Source of the DNA: a virus
Lineage: Duplodnaviria; Caudoviricetes
Direction: 5' to 3' (one strand)
IMG/VR virus record: IMGVR_UViG_3300029928_000003
Length of the DNA: 64,000 nucleotides
Shown here: positions 61,225-64,000 of the stretch, in pieces
Layout: each line of letters opens with the position of its first letter
How positions within the stretch are numbered: the stretch's first letter is position 1
Program-made: the position numbers and the translations under genes
The notes under the pieces: generated by a model
The model's input: only the letters and a program-made list of their open reading frames with translations
Told to the model about the DNA's origin: nothing
The model's database searches: none

Positions 61225-62307
61225 TTAATTTAATTCTTGCCAAGCAATTGCATTATCTACATATTGTTTTACCTAATATGCAGAAGCTAATGCTTTAACT
61301 GTTTCAGTTGCATTTGCGATAGAATCAGCCACATTTACTTTGGCAGATACTTTTGCACCATTATCAGTAGTAGTTACTTCTGTCGTAACATAATCAGTAG
61401 TAGCATCACCAGCTAATTCATTAAGTTTTGCTTTAAGAGCTGCATCATGTTCTTGCTATTTCTTTAGAATCTTACCAAGAGCAGTATCCATGCTATCACC
61501 TTTAGCAGGATCACTATATTGTTCTGGAATATCAATATTTACTACCTTAACAGAACTACCATTATAAACATCTATTAATTCGGATAAATCAATAGAAATT
61601 GGGTCTTTACCAGCATCAGTATTAAATGTAAGAGTAAGACTATGATCTTCAGAACTATATTTTGCGCTATCGATCATTCCATCCTTAATAAAATCTTTTG
61701 CATCAATTTCACTAATTACTGAAGAATCTTGACCACAAAGTTTAATCTTTTTATTCTCAGAATCATAGGTCAAACTAAGAGTGATAGCTAAACCTTGATC
61801 ATTTACTTGTAATGGACTACCCGTATTAGTTGGATCAATAGTAAATGTAAGCTTATTACCATCTACAGCAATTACTGCATTCTCAGAAGTAATACTTTTA
61901 AGAACCTCTGTATTCTTTGCATAAGGAGTTAAATCAATCTTAGCAATCTTATTTGATACAACAGAAGTTCCATTTACTTGTACATCATCTATCTTACCAT
62001 AATCAGTGCCGATATATACTTCCTACCAATTAAGAGCAGTAGTAGGATCATTCCAGGTAATTAATTTATAGTACTTATTAGTATCTTGTACATACCAAAT
62101 TTGACCTATTGCATCATTACCAGTAGGCGTTCTTCCAGCAGCTAAATCTCCTGCATAAGAGGACGATAAAATACAACCTGCTAAGCTATATAAATCAGAT
62201 ACAGTAGCTACGGATCTATGACCTGAGATTTCATTTGCGTCAACAATACCCCAACTTTTAGGATTAGCTGAGGCAAGTTTCGCCATTCTTGTCAATTTAT
62301 TTTCCAT
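61225..62307 (-). CDS. Fibre-like virion protein, 360 aa; TAG=Gln
   Basis: Fragments 62023..62307 and 61456..61773 are in frame; IDAKDFIKDGMIDS module; ends AIAWQELN, TAA. Confidence 0.75.
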
Positions 62308-62324
62308 ATATTACCCTCCTTTTA

Positions 62325-63704
62325 TTAAGAAAAACTAAACGATGATTTAGAGCTTACAGCACCTGCACCACTATAATATACTTGATATGAAATAGCTGGA
62401 GCACCAGTACCAGTATCAATACTTACAGTCTTAGTAGAGAATGCACTAATTACAGAATCTACTCCATCTTTTTTAATAACAGTTAATACCCCATAAGAAG
62501 CAGGATAAGCGTATACTAAACGTTGTGTGGCAGAAAGAGCACTACAATCAATTGTGGCTGCTTTACTAGTTTGATCTTTATAAGTCTTTAAAGCTTGAAT
62601 TTTAGTATTAGTAACATCAGCACCAGTAGGATCACTAGAATCAATTATACCATAGAAAATTCTATCTACAAAAGATACAGAAGCTGAACAAGACTTTGAA
62701 TCAGTACCCGAAGCAGGAACTACTTTACTTCCAGAAACCATTAAACCTTTCTTAGCGGCTGTAATAGTTTGAGTATATGTAGTGTTGGCAGATACCTGAG
62801 TACCAGTAAACGAATCACTAGCAACCCCGCTTTCTGGAAGGGTCGTTCCCCATATTCCACTAGTAGCTTCTGGATCTTTCTTAGAAGAATCAGAAGTCCA
62901 TTTCCAACTACCAGAGAACTAGGCTTTATACCCTTTAAGTAAAGTAATATTACTAGTTTCTTTGATTTCCTTAGTATCAGTACCGTCATTCTTAAAGATA
63001 GACCATTGAGGATTAGTAATTACAGGGGTTACTAATTCCTTGTCTCCTTTAAGAATACCATCTACATCATCACGAAGTTTTTTACCTTTATCTCCTGCAT
63101 AAGCAGTAGAAGAAGTTTCTCCAAGTGCTAATGAAGACCCAATTCCTACATACTATGTTCCAGACCAACGATATGTTTTGTTATCGTCTGTAGATACATA
63201 GATTTTACCAGTTTCGCCAGTTTCTGGAAAACTATTATAAGTATCATATTCAAGAACATCATCTACAAATGAAGGTAATTGAGAAGCAGGAACTTTACCA
63301 TCTTCAAGTGTCGCAATAGTAACACCAACATCGGTTTTATTTACCTTAGCATTTAATGCATTTTGAATTGCATCATCGTTACTTTCAATAGTAACTGCTC
63401 CAGTAGCGTCTTCTAAATTCTTTATAAAACTTCCCTTTGCAGAAATACTTTTTACACCAGCTGCTGAAGTTGCAGCTTTGACTTGTTTATCAAGTTTAGC
63501 AATAGCTGTTTCAATAGAATCACCTGCTGCAAGCACACCATCTAATGCTTGATATTCAGCACTTAAAGCATTATAAAACTTTCCGTGAGTATAGATTTCT
63601 CCAGTCTCATGACAGAAAGCAATAGCACCGTCAGGAAATTTGCCTGCTATGTCTTCAGTAAGCTTGGCTTTAGTTTGATAATATAAAAATTTTACGTTAG
63701 CCAT
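62325..63704 (-). CDS. Fibre-like virion protein, 459 aa; TAG=Gln
   Basis: Fragments 63153..63704 and 62325..62741 are in frame. GKVPASQLPSFVDDVLEY...FPETGETGKIYV...YRWSGTQYV...LGETSSTAYAGDKG is a recurrent phage fibre module. Confidence 0.8.
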
Positions 63705-63709
63705 ATAAA

Positions 63710-64000
63710 TTAATTTTCAACCCAAGTAGATTCTCCTCCAGAAATTTTATTATTTCCAAAGTAAAAATAAGGTTTATTTTTAATATAATATATTGTATTA
63801 TCTTTAAACTCTGTTGGATCTTGATCTAAATATTCTATTTCTATTGGATTACCAGTATTCTTAATTGGGAATGTAGCCTTTAATCCTTTATCTGTAATAT
63901 CTAAATTAATATTACTAGAATTGTCTACTTTAATTTTAGATTTAACAATTCCTTCTTCTATATAACTTTCAATAGAATCAGAACTGTTATTAGCAGAAGC
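63710..64000 (-). CDS. 3' end of an upstream fibre-region gene (partial)
   Basis: Open frame with TAG=Gln ending ...PYFYFGNNKISGGESTWVEN, TAA. Confidence 0.6.
   Translation of the reverse strand, partial: ASANNSSDSIESYIEEGIVKSKIKVDNSSNINLDITDKGLKATFPIKNTGNPIEIEYLDQDPTEFKDNTIYYIKNKPYFYFGNNKISGGESTWVEN

Noticed and set aside
62741-62989. Alternative-frame minus-strand ORFs (62741..62989; also 41451..41666)
   Set aside because: Both lie inside genes whose main frame is continuous under code 15.
1-64000. Suppressor tRNA, rRNA, CRISPR array or DGR reverse transcriptase
   Set aside because: None was recognisable by eye and the intergenic gaps are short and AT-rich. A tRNAscan-SE/Infernal run is needed to exclude them formally.

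Overview
A 64 kb, AT-rich, single-strand (minus) late/structural region of a crAss-like phage (Crassvirales, probably infecting Bacteroidota). It uses a reassigned genetic code in which TAG encodes Gln (translation table 15). The ORF track looks shattered only because it stops at TAG. With TAG read as Gln, the fragments join in frame into about 30 tightly packed genes that all end in TAA or TGA. Transcription runs right to left through these blocks: (1) fibre and tailspike genes; (2) a small membrane protein; (3) a five-gene Cys/Gln-rich cassette with its own promoter; (4) a DUF5675 peptidase-like gene; (5) an acidic scaffold-like gene; (6) the major capsid protein, split by four group I introns, three of which carry GIY-YIG-like homing endonucleases; (7) head/tail ring and auxiliary capsid genes; (8) two IHF-like genes; (9) a two-gene muzzle/tail stabilisation module; (10) a cargo/ejection-protein cluster sharing a K-x-x-x-G-G motif; (11) a 3188-aa protein with an embedded SF1 helicase domain; (12) a 3386-aa two-barrel virion RNA polymerase interrupted by two group I introns. 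One of those introns sits inside the catalytic DxDxD motif and encodes a LAGLIDADG nuclease. All six intron boundaries were read from P1 (U.G wobble) pairing, the omega-G and frame restoration. Gene ends were worked out by hand, and the long recoded ORFs were checked by frame arithmetic rather than codon by codon. Product names for the structural genes come from recalled motifs and synteny, not database searches.
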